Notes under the pieces: model-generated
Told to the model about the DNA's origin: nothing
The model's database searches: none
What the model saw: only the letters and a program-made list of their open reading frames with translations
From: Candidatus Pacearchaeota archaeon
Lineage (GTDB): Archaea; Nanobdellota; Nanobdellia; Pacearchaeales; GW2011-AR1
NCBI GenBank assembly: GCA_017608305.1
Contig: JAFCGC010000001.1
Coordinates: 38,744-102,743, forward strand
DNA length: 64,000 nucleotides
Reading direction: 5' to 3'
Shown: positions 10,065 through 20,926 of the stretch, piece by piece
How positions within the stretch are numbered: the stretch's first letter is position 1
How the letters are laid out: each line of letters starts with the position of its first letter
Program-made: the position numbers and the translations under genes

Positions 10065-11603
10065 CTAAACCCTATATCTTACTCTATCATACCAAACTTT
10101 AAATCCAACAGGCATACTCCTATATGCTGGTTTAAGAATTCTTTCTCTAATCAAATCCATATAACTAACAAAAAATAAAACAATTCTTGTTCTAAAGGGG
10201 TTTCTCAAATTTCTTTTGATTCTGTGTGGTTTTAAAAGATAATTTATTAATTTATTTGGAAGAAGTCCAAATCTTTTTCCTGTGCTAACTCCTCTCATTA
10301 AATTTAAGATCAAAACAAGGTATATATTTTTTCTTTTTAACAAAATATGGGCACTCCTATCCCAATAATTAAGAGTGACTGCTGAATCTTTTGTAGTTTT
10401 TATTATTCCTTCTTCTACAGCTCTTTGATGTAGTTTTGACCCATGAAAAAAGACCAAATTATTCACAGAAAGAAAATAGGGCTTAGGAATCTTTTGTAGT
10501 AATCTAATCATATTTACAACATCTTCTGGCCTTTCATAGGGGTTACAAGTAATCACATCATACATCACAGCCAAGTTATCCTTATACTTATTAATTATTC
10601 TTGCAGCATCTAAAACTTGTTTATCTGTTTGAAATCTATGGTAAACTTCTTTATTTACTCTTTCAGAACCTTGAATACCTATAATTATGTCTGTGCAACC
10701 CGCTTCTACTAAGAGATTTATTTTTTCTTCTGAAATTGTATGGGGATCAGATAAACATTTAAATCTCAATCCGATTTGTTCTTTATATTTTTGAGAAAAT
10801 TCCTTTATTTGTTCAAGTGGTCTAAGGGAGAAAGTATCATCCCTTATATCAAAATAACTTAAACTTGGAAATTTTTTTCTTAATTTTAAAATACCATCTA
10901 TAATGTAATCTATACTATGCCATCTAACTATTTTTTTTCTTTTTCCTTTATACAATTCATTCAATAGACTATTACTGCAATAATCACATCCATGAGGACA
11001 ACCTCTTCCTGTTAAAAAGAATATTGCTCCATCAAGATCTTGTTCTGAAAATTTCCTTATTTTATGTTTATCTAGGATAAAATGGTCTTGAGTATTATAG
11101 TCTGGCAAGGGTATTTCATCTAGGTTATCTATCAAAGACCTTACGGGATTTTTTGTTATCTTATTTTCTTGTTTAATCCATAAATTTTTAATTTTATTTA
11201 CTGATTTTCCTTTCTCAAGAGCATTAACTAAATCTATTATCACTCCTTCTCCTTCTCCAACGCAAACAAGATTACAATGTTTAATGCATTCTTCAGGAGA
11301 AATTGTAGCATGTATTCCTCCCCAAACAAGAGTTTTTTCAGGAAATTTTTTTTCTAGAAATTTTATTATTTGTTTTGCTCTTGGAGCTGTAGAAACAAAA
11401 GATGAAATTCCAATTAGTTGAGAATCAGCACAAATTCTCACCAATTGATTAAGTTCTTTTTTAGTGTAAAATTTAGAATAATCCTCACTGAGAGTCATAA
11501 AGACGGTCTTTACTTGATGTTTTTTTTCTTTTAACACAGAGGAGATTGTTCTTATTCCTTGATCAGAAGGATAAGTTGCAGCAGAGATAAGAGTTATTTG
11601 CAT
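10065..11603 (-). CDS. B12-binding domain radical SAM enzyme (class B; putative methyltransferase, Fom3-like candidate)
   Basis: N-terminal B12-binding-like Rossmann region. Radical-SAM 'GCPHGCDYCS' motif. 512 aa. Confidence 0.65.
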   Translation of the reverse strand: MQITLISAATYPSDQGIRTISSVLKEKKHQVKTVFMTLSEDYSKFYTKKELNQLVRICADSQLIGISSFVSTAPRAKQIIKFLEKKFPEKTLVWGGIHATISPEECIKHCNLVCVGEGEGVIIDLVNALEKGKSVNKIKNLWIKQENKITKNPVRSLIDNLDEIPLPDYNTQDHFILDKHKIRKFSEQDLDGAIFFLTGRGCPHGCDYCSNSLLNELYKGKRKKIVRWHSIDYIIDGILKLRKKFPSLSYFDIRDDTFSLRPLEQIKEFSQKYKEQIGLRFKCLSDPHTISEEKINLLVEAGCTDIIIGIQGSERVNKEVYHRFQTDKQVLDAARIINKYKDNLAVMYDVITCNPYERPEDVVNMIRLLQKIPKPYFLSVNNLVFFHGSKLHQRAVEEGIIKTTKDSAVTLNYWDRSAHILLKRKNIYLVLILNLMRGVSTGKRFGLLPNKLINYLLKPHRIKRNLRNPFRTRIVLFFVSYMDLIRERILKPAYRSMPVGFKVWYDRVRYRV

Positions 11604-11653
11604 TTCTTAACACAAAAAATACAATTTATAAGGATTATGGAGCTCAAACAAAA

Positions 11654-12796
11654 TTATACTAATAATTGCTTGTATTCTTTCATATATCTTTTATAGATAG
11701 TATCCCAATCAAAATCCTTGGATTTTTCAAAGTTATTCTTAGAAAATTTTTTGGCGAGTTTGGGATTATCTAAAACTTCTAAAATACGTTTTTTTAAATT
11801 TTTTAAATCTCCATATTCAACTAAAAAACCATTTTTTCCATCTTCCATCTCATAAGGAATTCCATTTACAGGAGAAGCCACAATAGGCAATTCAGATGCC
11901 ATTGCTTCAAACAAGGTCAAAGGAAGGCCTTCCCTATAACTTGGAAGAGCGTAAACATCTGCAGCCTGATACATTTCAGCAATATTCTCTTTTCCACGAA
12001 TTGGTCCAAGATATTTCATATTTTTATGGCCTTTAATTAAATTCTCAACTTCATTTGCCTTGCCTTCATCAGGACCTACCCAAACAAAAGCAATGTCTTT
12101 TCTTTCTTTAGAAATTTCTATTGCTACTTGTGCAAGTTTTTCAGGTCCCTTAGTAGGATTTAATCTACCAAAAAATAAAACTAGTTTTTTTTCTTTTATT
12201 TTATTTTTCTTCTTAAAATTATTTTTCTTTACTTTCTTAAAGAGAATTTTATCTGTTCCATTTGGAATAACTTCTGTTTTATTTTTCCCACCATATTTAT
12301 TTAAGATACCTAATTCCCAAGGAGTTATTGAAACTATTTTATTGATGAACCTAAAAGAAAGTTTGTTTAAAAAAAAATCATTTATAATCAAGAAAAATTT
12401 TAATTTGGCAGGCCTAAAAGAGATATCTGTCCAAGGACAATGAGTTGTGTGCACATGTTTGAATCCTTTTAATTTGGCAAGAATTCCTACAAACAAAATA
12501 TAATCATGTCCTGAAACATGGCTATGGACAATATCAAATTTTCCTTTAAGACCCCACAATAAAGAAGGCCAAAAAAAAGTATTAAAAGACAATCTAAACC
12601 AATAAGGAAGTCTATGAACATGAACTCCTTCAATTATTTCTTCTTTTATTTTTATTCTTTTATTTTTATCTGAATCACAACAAAAAACATGTACTTCGTG
12701 ACCTTCTTTTACTTGTCTTTGTGCTAGCTCATACATAACTTGCTCTACACCCCCAAAAGTAGGAATATAAAACATATTAACATGAGCTATTCTCAT
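11654..12796 (-). CDS. Family 4 (GT-B) glycosyltransferase
   Basis: 'MRIAHVNMFYIPTFGGVEQ' N-terminus. C-terminal 'EGLPLTLFEAMA' EX7E-like motif. Confidence 0.7.
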   Translation of the reverse strand: MRIAHVNMFYIPTFGGVEQVMYELAQRQVKEGHEVHVFCCDSDKNKRIKIKEEIIEGVHVHRLPYWFRLSFNTFFWPSLLWGLKGKFDIVHSHVSGHDYILFVGILAKLKGFKHVHTTHCPWTDISFRPAKLKFFLIINDFFLNKLSFRFINKIVSITPWELGILNKYGGKNKTEVIPNGTDKILFKKVKKNNFKKKNKIKEKKLVLFFGRLNPTKGPEKLAQVAIEISKERKDIAFVWVGPDEGKANEVENLIKGHKNMKYLGPIRGKENIAEMYQAADVYALPSYREGLPLTLFEAMASELPIVASPVNGIPYEMEDGKNGFLVEYGDLKNLKKRILEVLDNPKLAKKFSKNNFEKSKDFDWDTIYKRYMKEYKQLLV

Positions 12797-12888
12797 ATTT
12801 TTTCAGAGAAAAAATTATTTATAAATATATATGTACTCAATAAAAACTGATACATAAGAATTAAAAAGGTTTTTTTCTTTTATTCGAA

Positions 12889-13548
12889 ATGACTGTGTAT
12901 AAAGACTTAAAAAAATTTCAAAAAAGTGTGGAGGAAGATGATTATGTGGTTTACTATTTTTACAGAAAACTTTCTAGGCCAATTAGTGCTTTAATGATTA
13001 AACTGGGGCTCAATACTTTTGTTGCATCATGGTTTACCTTTTTTTCAGATCTTTTTGCAATGTATCTTATCTATAAAGGAAGTTTTGTGATTGCTGGATT
13101 ATTTGTGATTTTAGCTTATGTTTTTGATTGTTGTGATGGGGAAATAGCAAGATATGACAAAGCAAGAAAGAAAATGAATCCAAACAGGATGTATGGGGCC
13201 TATCTTGATGAAATTTTGGGTGTTTTAGGTTTTTTTGGAGTAATTATATTCTTCAGCTATAAAATAGATCTTCTTTTGTTTGGAATTTTAGGAGGTTTAG
13301 GTTTATTAATGATAAATTTTAGCTGTTATGTTGCAAAGGATATTTTTCCAGAGAAACAAAAATTAGCTAAAAATCTTGAAAAAAAAGTTTTTGGAAATTT
13401 AAAAGGAAGAATTGGGTTTAGTGGGGGGGTTCAAAGAATATTAATTGCCTTAGCGATTATCTTTCATAGTGCTTTTTTACTATTTGTATTTGTGGCTTTG
13501 ATGAATGCTTTTTGGATTTTGAAATTTTGGATATATAGAAAACAATAA
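12889..13548 (+). CDS. CDP-alcohol phosphatidyltransferase family membrane protein
   Basis: 'DCCDGEIARYDKA...GAYLDEILG' resembles the DG(x)2AR...G(x)3D(x)3D motif. Several TM segments. Confidence 0.5.
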   Translation: MTVYKDLKKFQKSVEEDDYVVYYFYRKLSRPISALMIKLGLNTFVASWFTFFSDLFAMYLIYKGSFVIAGLFVILAYVFDCCDGEIARYDKARKKMNPNRMYGAYLDEILGVLGFFGVIIFFSYKIDLLLFGILGGLGLLMINFSCYVAKDIFPEKQKLAKNLEKKVFGNLKGRIGFSGGVQRILIALAIIFHSAFLLFVFVALMNAFWILKFWIYRKQ

Positions 13549-13554
13549 ACAAAA

Positions 13555-14244
13555 TTATTTTATGAGTGATTCTGCTTTTTTTAGATCATTTATGTCATCA
13601 ATCTCCATACATAATTCTTTATCATAAAACAAGGGTTTTAATCTAATTTTATCTGCATAAGGTTCAATTGCTTCTTCAGCATAACAATTAATTTTTCCTT
13701 GATCAACAAATTCCTTGATAGATTTAAGCCAAGTTAAAAAAGATTTTTTTGAAAATTTATACAAGGGCATGACTAAATTACCCTTAAAATCCACACCTAT
13801 TTTTTTAATTAAACCTTTTTCTATTTTTGCCTTAAAATCTTTTCCAGTAGAATATGGATTTATATGTGTTAATGCCGAATTTTTTTCTCTATGCTGTATT
13901 AATTTTTTTAATAACTTCTCTTCACAAACCAAATCTCCATGAATAAAGAGTATATCGTCATCAATCAAATTTTCTAGGTTTAATAAAGAACATATGTAAC
14001 TTCCTTTTTGTTCCGGAGGATCTTGAATAATCTTTGAATCTAAAGAAGGATACTCTCTGTATAAGAACTCTTGAATTAATTCAGATTTATATCCTGTTAA
14101 AAAAATTATTTCTTTTATTTCTAACTTCATTAAAGAATCAAGCATATAATTAGCTAAAGGTTTTTCTTTTATAGGAACAAGGAATTTTGGAACTGTTAAA
14201 TTCATTCTAGTTCCTAATCCTCCTGCAAGGATAATAGCTTTCAT
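13555..14244 (-). CDS. LicC-like nucleotidyltransferase (CTP:phospho-base / phosphonate cytidylyltransferase family)
   Basis: '[14 protein letters not shown]' N-terminus. 229 aa, the same size as LicC/PntC-type enzymes. Confidence 0.6.
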   Translation of the reverse strand: MKAIILAGGLGTRMNLTVPKFLVPIKEKPLANYMLDSLMKLEIKEIIFLTGYKSELIQEFLYREYPSLDSKIIQDPPEQKGSYICSLLNLENLIDDDILFIHGDLVCEEKLLKKLIQHREKNSALTHINPYSTGKDFKAKIEKGLIKKIGVDFKGNLVMPLYKFSKKSFLTWLKSIKEFVDQGKINCYAEEAIEPYADKIRLKPLFYDKELCMEIDDINDLKKAESLIK

Positions 14245-14245
14245 T

Positions 14246-15349
14246 TTAGTATAAATTATTTAAAATTTTTCTTAAAGAATCTTTTGTTAATAATCTAGGA
14301 TTGTTTTTAACTCTTTCTGGAGAAAATCCTTTTTCAACAAGAATCTCAAGATCTTTTACATGTACTCCTAAATTTGATAAGTTTGTTTCAAGCCCAATAT
14401 TACTCATTAAGTTTTTTATTTTTTCTCGAGCTTGGCTTACATTTTTTACTCCTAAAAGATTTACTAGATTGTTTATTATATTTTGAACATATTTTTCTCC
14501 TCTTTTATCTAAACAATCTTCTGGTGTTACTCCAAAATTATATTCTAACATCTGCCCTAGAGTTAATCCTACAGCATGGCCATGAGGTATATTGAAGTAA
14601 GAGGTGATTGGATAAGAAATTGAGTGACAAGCAGTTGTTTTTGAAATATTTATTGCTTTACCAGCTAAATTAGCTGCTTTCATAACATTCTCTTTAGATT
14701 CATTTGTAGGATTATTTACTGCTTGTTCTAGATTATTTAAAAGTAATTTTATTGATTTCTGTGCAAATTGTTTTGATTTTTCTATTGAATTAATAGACCA
14801 ATAAGACTCTATTGCTTGGCCTAAAGCATCTATTCCTGTTGAAGCAGCTATTTTTTTTGGAAGAGAAAAAGTTAATTCTGGATCACAAATTGAATAATTT
14901 GGGAGAGTTATATCTAAATTTCCTTTAGATTGTTTTTCTTTTCCAGTATAATAAACAATAAAAGAAGTTGCTTCACTTCCACTTCCTGCAGTTGTAGGTA
15001 TTGCTATTAAAGGTTTTTTATGACTAATTTTTTTATAAATTTTAATTGCCTTAGCAACATCTATTGCACTTCCTCCTCCTACAGCAATAATTGAATCATA
15101 TTTTCCTTTATTAAAAATTTTTGTGGCTTTTTTTATTTCACTTAATTGGGGATTTGGAGAGAAATTAGAAAATCTTTCATAATCTATGTTATTTTTATCC
15201 AAAATATTCTCTATTTTTTTTCTTGCCCCTGACAAGATAAATGAATTTTTTCCAGTGACTAAAAAAACTTTTTTTAGATTTTCTTTTTTTAAAATTGTTT
15301 CTAATTTATTTAAACTTCCAAGTCCAAAATATTCTTCTTGAGAGATCAT
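14246..15349 (-). CDS. Iron-containing alcohol dehydrogenase (phosphonoacetaldehyde reductase candidate, FomC/PhpC-like)
   Basis: 'IAVGGGSAIDVAKA' Fe-ADH motif. Position directly follows Ppd. Confidence 0.6.
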   Translation of the reverse strand: MISQEEYFGLGSLNKLETILKKENLKKVFLVTGKNSFILSGARKKIENILDKNNIDYERFSNFSPNPQLSEIKKATKIFNKGKYDSIIAVGGGSAIDVAKAIKIYKKISHKKPLIAIPTTAGSGSEATSFIVYYTGKEKQSKGNLDITLPNYSICDPELTFSLPKKIAASTGIDALGQAIESYWSINSIEKSKQFAQKSIKLLLNNLEQAVNNPTNESKENVMKAANLAGKAINISKTTACHSISYPITSYFNIPHGHAVGLTLGQMLEYNFGVTPEDCLDKRGEKYVQNIINNLVNLLGVKNVSQAREKIKNLMSNIGLETNLSNLGVHVKDLEILVEKGFSPERVKNNPRLLTKDSLRKILNNLY

Positions 15350-16476
15350 TTATTCAAAAATTCCATAAAAAATCTTTTATTTTCTAAAGGAGTATTTGTA
15401 GGCCTTCCTAACTCTTGTCTTGAACCTTTTTTTACTTTAACCACAACCATTTTAGGTCCTTTTTCATTCTTTAAGATACTCATTGTTTGAATTAACTCTT
15501 GGCTTGTTTCAACTTGGGATGCAAATCTATAACCACATCCCAATGCAATTTTTGAAAAATCAATATTATCTGAAATAGTTGGTTGGCCTCCTGTTGAATC
15601 ATAAGAACCATTATCAAAAATTAAATGTGTTAAATTTTCTGCTTTACTTGATCCAATATTTGCTAAAGCCCCCATTTGCATTAATGCTGCTCCATCTCCA
15701 TCAAAAACATAAATAGGTTTAGAAGGTTTTTGTAATGCTATTTCATTAGCAATAGAGGCTGAGCACCCCATACTTCCTACTGTTAAAAAATCTTTTTCAT
15801 GGCTTTGTTTTTTTTCTTTTCTATATTCAAATAATTCTCTAGATGTTTTTCCTGTTGTTGAAACAATTATTGCTTGTTTTTCTAATCCTCCCAAAATGGT
15901 ATGAATGGCTTGTTCTCCAGTCATTTCATACTTTCTTTTAGAAATATTTTGGGTTTCATATTTTTCAAAAATGCCTTTTTTAATTATAATTGCTGAAGCA
16001 TATTGGGTTTTTTCTGCTTTTGTTTTTGCCCATTCTATGGTCTGTTGCGCTTGCTCAATATTATCTGGTAAAATCTGAAAAGGAATCTCTAAAGTTTCTA
16101 ACTGAGATAACATAACTCTCCCCATCATTTTGTGTTGGGGCTCGTCTTTTAACTCGGGCTCTCCTCTCCATCCAACCATCAAAACTACAGGCATCGAATA
16201 TACTTCTTTAGCCATTAAAGAGGTTAAAGGATTTACTGTTTTTCCTAAACCAGAATTTTGCATATAAATTACTCCAATATTTCCGGTTGAAAGATGATAT
16301 CCTGCAGCAAGAGCAGTAGCTTCACATTCATTTACAGCAATTCTATTTGTCAATTTTGTCCCATTATTGTCTGCTAAAAATTTCATCCAATCCTTAAAAG
16401 TTGAGTCTGGAACTCCTGAAAAAAAAGTTAAATCATTTTTACTGAATATTTCTGCAATTTTTTCACATTTTATCAT
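15346..16476 (-). CDS. ppd: Phosphonopyruvate decarboxylase (TPP-dependent)
   Basis: TPP-binding '[16 protein letters not shown]'. About 376 aa. Immediately downstream of PEP mutase. Confidence 0.7.
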   Translation of the reverse strand: MIKCEKIAEIFSKNDLTFFSGVPDSTFKDWMKFLADNNGTKLTNRIAVNECEATALAAGYHLSTGNIGVIYMQNSGLGKTVNPLTSLMAKEVYSMPVVLMVGWRGEPELKDEPQHKMMGRVMLSQLETLEIPFQILPDNIEQAQQTIEWAKTKAEKTQYASAIIIKKGIFEKYETQNISKRKYEMTGEQAIHTILGGLEKQAIIVSTTGKTSRELFEYRKEKKQSHEKDFLTVGSMGCSASIANEIALQKPSKPIYVFDGDGAALMQMGALANIGSSKAENLTHLIFDNGSYDSTGGQPTISDNIDFSKIALGCGYRFASQVETSQELIQTMSILKNEKGPKMVVVKVKKGSRQELGRPTNTPLENKRFFMEFLNK

Positions 16477-17795
16477 TTTCTTTCTGGAATTAAATCTAAT
16501 ATTTCTTTAATCGGTAAACAAAATTCATCTGCCTCTAGACTTCTTTCATTTTCAAGAATTGATTTTGCTGTTTTTACCATAGCAGGATAAGCACTCCTAA
16601 TTAAATGATTAGCATAGATTATTATGTTTGCTCCAATTTCTTCAAGTTGTTTTTCAGTAAGATGATTATAAGTTGTAGGAACAACTACAAGAGGTACTTT
16701 GTGTGGAAAATTGGAATATTCTTTGCAAAATTCAATTAATTCCCTTGCATCTTTCTCCTTACTATGGATCATTATTGCATCTGCTCCTGCCTCTATATAT
16801 GCTCTTGCTCTTAATAGGGCTTCATAAATCCCTTTTTTTAAAATAAGGCTTTCAATTCTAGCAATAATCATAAAATCATCTGTTACTTGTGATTTTTTGC
16901 CTCTAGAAATTTTTTCTGAAAAATTTGATATTTCATCTTGGATTTGAACCACATCTGTTCCAAGTAGAGAATTTCTTTTCAACCCTACTTTATCTTCTAT
17001 AATAACTGCAGAAACACCTAATCTTTCAAGACTTCTCACCATAAAAGCAAAATGTTCAATTTCTCCCCCATTATCTGCATCTAAAATAAGAGGTTTAGTT
17101 GTTGATTCTAATATTTGAGAAACAGTTTCTAGTCTTGAAGTTAAATCTATGACTCCAATGTCTGGTTTTCCTTTTGCTGTTGAATCTGTTAAACTACTAA
17201 TCCAAATGCCATCAAACTCTTTTACCCCCCCTTCTTTTACTACAGATGTTTTTTCAACAATTAATCCTGTAATTCCATTATGGGCTTCTAAAAATCTTAC
17301 AACTGGTTTGGCCTCTAATAATCTTTTTAAAGTTCTTTTTCTAATTTCAGGAGTTGTTCCTATTTCACGTAAAGCTTTATTTAATTGGTCTGAGGAAACA
17401 TCTTGGATGCGAGGGACTTCAATTAATTGACCTCCCCATTCTTCAAGAACTTTTATTACTTTTTCTCTTGTTGAACTTTGAATTCCGGTTTTCCAATCAT
17501 CACCATGAACAACATAATGAGGCCTTAATTGCCTTAAATTATCAGTATAATCTAATGTATTTTGAGGAATAACTTCTTTCACTCCTTTTATATTTTCAGC
17601 AATAATTTTTCTTTGGTCATAAGTCAAAAAAGGTAGGCGTTTATAACTTGCAATTGCTTTATCCGTTAATAATCCGATAATGATTTCTCCTAATTCTCTT
17701 GCCTTTTCTATTGTTTCTAAGTGTCCGTGATGCAACAAATCAGCACTAATGGCAACATAGACTTTTTTTATTATACTAAAATCTTGATTTTCCAT
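16473..17795 (-). CDS. pepM: Bifunctional cytidylyltransferase (HxGH type) / phosphoenolpyruvate phosphomutase (Fom1-like architecture)
   Basis: N-terminal '[19 protein letters not shown]' cytidylyltransferase motif. C-terminal ICL/PEP-mutase fold with 'AVIIEDKVG' (EDK motif). Confidence 0.75.
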   Translation of the reverse strand: MENQDFSIIKKVYVAISADLLHHGHLETIEKARELGEIIIGLLTDKAIASYKRLPFLTYDQRKIIAENIKGVKEVIPQNTLDYTDNLRQLRPHYVVHGDDWKTGIQSSTREKVIKVLEEWGGQLIEVPRIQDVSSDQLNKALREIGTTPEIRKRTLKRLLEAKPVVRFLEAHNGITGLIVEKTSVVKEGGVKEFDGIWISSLTDSTAKGKPDIGVIDLTSRLETVSQILESTTKPLILDADNGGEIEHFAFMVRSLERLGVSAVIIEDKVGLKRNSLLGTDVVQIQDEISNFSEKISRGKKSQVTDDFMIIARIESLILKKGIYEALLRARAYIEAGADAIMIHSKEKDARELIEFCKEYSNFPHKVPLVVVPTTYNHLTEKQLEEIGANIIIYANHLIRSAYPAMVKTAKSILENERSLEADEFCLPIKEILDLIPERK

Positions 17796-18063
17796 CTTCT
17801 ATTTTTCTTCTTTCAATAAGAGAATAATTAATTGAAGTTTTAATTATTTAGGTGGTATTTTATCCTATCTTTTTATTATTTTTTTGCATAAAAGATATTT
17901 TAAATATGTTTAGTAGGATAAATATAAATTATTTGTATCTTAAAAAAATAAAAAGAATCTTTATTAGACCTTAATAATCTTTAAAAGTAAAAACCACAAT
18001 ATTAAATGAAAATATCTCTTAGAAAAAATAAATACTTATAAGAGATGTTGAGTTTTAAAAAAA

Positions 18064-19929
18064 ATGAGAGTTTTAGTTACAGGTGGGTGTGGTTTTATAG
18101 GGAGTAATTTTATTGGATTTTTGTTGGAAAATTTTGAAGAATTTAAAATAGAAGAAATTGTTAATCTAGATAAACAAACATATGCAGGAAGAGGGAAAAA
18201 TTTAGAACATATGAGCCTTACAATTCATCCAAGGTATGAATTTGTCAAAGGAGATATTTGTGATAAAAAGCTTGTTGATGAACTTTTTTCCAAACATAAA
18301 TTTGATTTAGTTTTTAATTTTGCAGCAGAAAGTCATGTGGATAGGAGCATAGAGGATCCAAATGCTTTCACCCAGACAAATATTTTTGGTACTCAAAATT
18401 TATTAGATGCTTGTCTAAAACATGGAATTTCAAAATTTATTCAAATTTCAACTGATGAAGTATATGGTAGTCTTTCTTCAGATTCTCCAAGTTCAAGAGA
18501 GTCAGATAGATTAAATCCAAGAAGCCCCTATTCTGCATCAAAAGCAAGTGCAGAAATGTTGTGTTTATCTTATTTTGAGACCCACAAGATTCCAATTTAC
18601 ATCACTAGAAGTTCAAATAACTATGGGCCTTATCAATTTACAGAAAAACTCCTTCCTTTATTTATTACAAATCTGATTCAAGGGAAAAAAGTTCCGTTGA
18701 TGTGGAGTGATGAAAATCCAGGGTTAAATGTTAGAGATTGGTTACATGTTAAAGATAATTGCAGAGGAATCTGGTTTGTTTCACAAAAAGGGCAACCAGG
18801 ACAAATATATAATATTGGAGGTAAAAATGAAAGAACAAACATAGAAATAACAGAATTTTTACTTAGATACTTTAGATATGATTCCACAATGATTGAAAAA
18901 ATTACTCATAGAAAAGGCCATGATTTTAGATATTCTATAAATACAGAAAAAATACAAAATCTTGGGTTTGAATTAAAATATTCTAATTTAGAGGAAGAAC
19001 TCTCAAAATTATGTGAATGGTATAAACAAAATGAAAATTGGTGGAAATCATTAAGCCAAACAAAAGGAATTATCTTAGCAGGAGGATTAGGAACACGGCT
19101 TTATCCTGCGACTAAAGTGGTTTGCAAACAATTATTACCAATATATGATAAACCCCTAATTTATTATCCTTTATCAACTTTAATGTTGGTGGGAATACGT
19201 GAAGTATTGATTATTAGTTGTCCAGAAGATGTGGAAAAATTCAAAAATTTATTGGGAGACGGTTCTAACCTAGGAATGAGAATTTCATATAAAGAGCAAC
19301 TTGAACCAAAAGGAATTGCTGAAGCGTTTATAATCGGAGAAAATTTCATTGGAAAAGATAATGTTTGTTTAATTTTAGGAGATAATATTTTTTATGGGCA
19401 AGGATTAACACCTCTATTACTAGAAGCAGCACAAATAAAAGAAGGAGCAATCTCATTTGCTTATCATGTTAGTGATCCTGAAAGATTTGGAGTTGTTGAG
19501 TTTGATAAAAATTATAATGTTTTATCAATTGAAGAAAAACCCCAAAATCCTAAATCAAACTATGCAGTAACTGGATTGTATTTTTATGATAATGATGTAA
19601 TTAATATTTCTAAAAATTTGGTTCCTTCTGGAAGAGGTGAACTTGAAATAAGTGATGTTAATAAAGAATATCTAAGAAGGGGAAAATTAAAGGTAAAGGT
19701 TATGGGAAGGGGTCTTGTTTGGATGGACGCTGGAACACAAGATTCTATGGCAGATATAACCTCTTATGTTAAATCTGTTCAAGATCGGCAAGCTCTAAAA
19801 ATAGCCTGCATTGAGGAAATTGCATATAGGAACAAATTCATAAATCTAGACCAACTACTTAAAAATGCTGAAGCTCTAAAAGCCTCTGATTATGGAAAAT
19901 ATCTTTTTAGAGTTGCTGAAGAAACATAG
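18064..19929 (+). CDS. Fused dTDP-glucose 4,6-dehydratase (RfbB) / glucose-1-phosphate thymidylyltransferase (RfbA)
   Basis: N-terminal '[14 protein letters not shown]' with 'YSASKAS' (YxxxK). C-terminal '[37 protein letters not shown]' RmlA motif. Confidence 0.8.
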   Translation: MRVLVTGGCGFIGSNFIGFLLENFEEFKIEEIVNLDKQTYAGRGKNLEHMSLTIHPRYEFVKGDICDKKLVDELFSKHKFDLVFNFAAESHVDRSIEDPNAFTQTNIFGTQNLLDACLKHGISKFIQISTDEVYGSLSSDSPSSRESDRLNPRSPYSASKASAEMLCLSYFETHKIPIYITRSSNNYGPYQFTEKLLPLFITNLIQGKKVPLMWSDENPGLNVRDWLHVKDNCRGIWFVSQKGQPGQIYNIGGKNERTNIEITEFLLRYFRYDSTMIEKITHRKGHDFRYSINTEKIQNLGFELKYSNLEEELSKLCEWYKQNENWWKSLSQTKGIILAGGLGTRLYPATKVVCKQLLPIYDKPLIYYPLSTLMLVGIREVLIISCPEDVEKFKNLLGDGSNLGMRISYKEQLEPKGIAEAFIIGENFIGKDNVCLILGDNIFYGQGLTPLLLEAAQIKEGAISFAYHVSDPERFGVVEFDKNYNVLSIEEKPQNPKSNYAVTGLYFYDNDVINISKNLVPSGRGELEISDVNKEYLRRGKLKVKVMGRGLVWMDAGTQDSMADITSYVKSVQDRQALKIACIEEIAYRNKFINLDQLLKNAEALKASDYGKYLFRVAEET

Positions 19930-19963
19930 AAATTTTTAAAAAGATTTAGATCTGAGAAAGGAA

Positions 19964-20854
19964 ATGGTTTGGGATGAAGTTAAAGGAGTAAGAAATAGAA
20001 ATTCAGAGCTAATTGGCCTACGTCATCCTCTAAAAAAATTTATTAATTCTATTTTGGGAATAAAAATTCCTGCATATCTTAATTATGCTAATGCTAAAAA
20101 AACCCTTAAAAAAGAATCAAAAAAAACAATTGCAAAAAAACAATTGCAAAAATGTGGTAAAATTGCATTGATATTTATGGGCACTCAAAAATACGTAAAG
20201 TTCTTTCCAAGGTATTATGCTAGTATTAAAAAAAATTTCTTACCTGATGTAAAAAAAGATTTCTATATTTTAACAGACCAAATAGATTATCTCCCAATTC
20301 AGAAGAAAAAAGATGTATTTATAAGAAAAATTAAACATGAGAATACTTCTTTTTCAACTTTATTTAGATTTAAGTATGTAAACAACCTTACAAAAGAATT
20401 AAAAAAATATTCCCATATAATTTATATTGATGTAGATATTTATGCTAAAAATCTTGTTTTAAAAGAAGAATTCTTTTGTCACAATAAATCTTTATTTGGT
20501 GTTCAACATCCAAATTTTGTAAATAAAAGAGGCCAATTTGAATTTGATCCTAGGTCAAAAGCATCAGTCAATGAAAAAAATGATTTATCCACATATTGGC
20601 AATGTAGTTTTTGGGGAGGAAAAAGTAAAGAGATTCTAAAAATGTGTAAGGAATTAAATAAAAGAATTAATTTAGATTTAAAAAATAAAATAATTGCTAT
20701 TTGGCTTGATGAATCTCATTTAAATAAATATTTTGTTGAAAACAAAAAAAAGGTTCATACTTATTCTCCTTCTTATACTTATCCTGGATTATGGCCTCGT
20801 CTTAGAGGGTATAAAAGAAGATTAATTCATGATAAAGGAAATGTTTTAAAATAA
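19964..20854 (+). CDS. Family 6 glycosyltransferase (ABO / alpha-1,3-galactosyltransferase-like)
   Basis: 'FLPDVKKDFYILTDQ', 'YIDVDIYA' (DVD) and 'FGVQHPNF' motifs, plus a match to the metazoan GT6 signature 'W(H/L)DESHLNKY(F/L)'. Confidence 0.7.
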   Translation: MVWDEVKGVRNRNSELIGLRHPLKKFINSILGIKIPAYLNYANAKKTLKKESKKTIAKKQLQKCGKIALIFMGTQKYVKFFPRYYASIKKNFLPDVKKDFYILTDQIDYLPIQKKKDVFIRKIKHENTSFSTLFRFKYVNNLTKELKKYSHIIYIDVDIYAKNLVLKEEFFCHNKSLFGVQHPNFVNKRGQFEFDPRSKASVNEKNDLSTYWQCSFWGGKSKEILKMCKELNKRINLDLKNKIIAIWLDESHLNKYFVENKKKVHTYSPSYTYPGLWPRLRGYKRRLIHDKGNVLK

Positions 20855-20926
20855 CCTCTAAATAAATTTAAGAAGATAATATTAAACCTCAATAAAACTT
20901 ATAAAGAATTTATCAAAAATAATTCA

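Noticed and set aside
12060-12443. 127-aa plus-strand ORF
   Set aside because: It is fully embedded antisense in the GT4 gene and has low-complexity F/L-rich composition.
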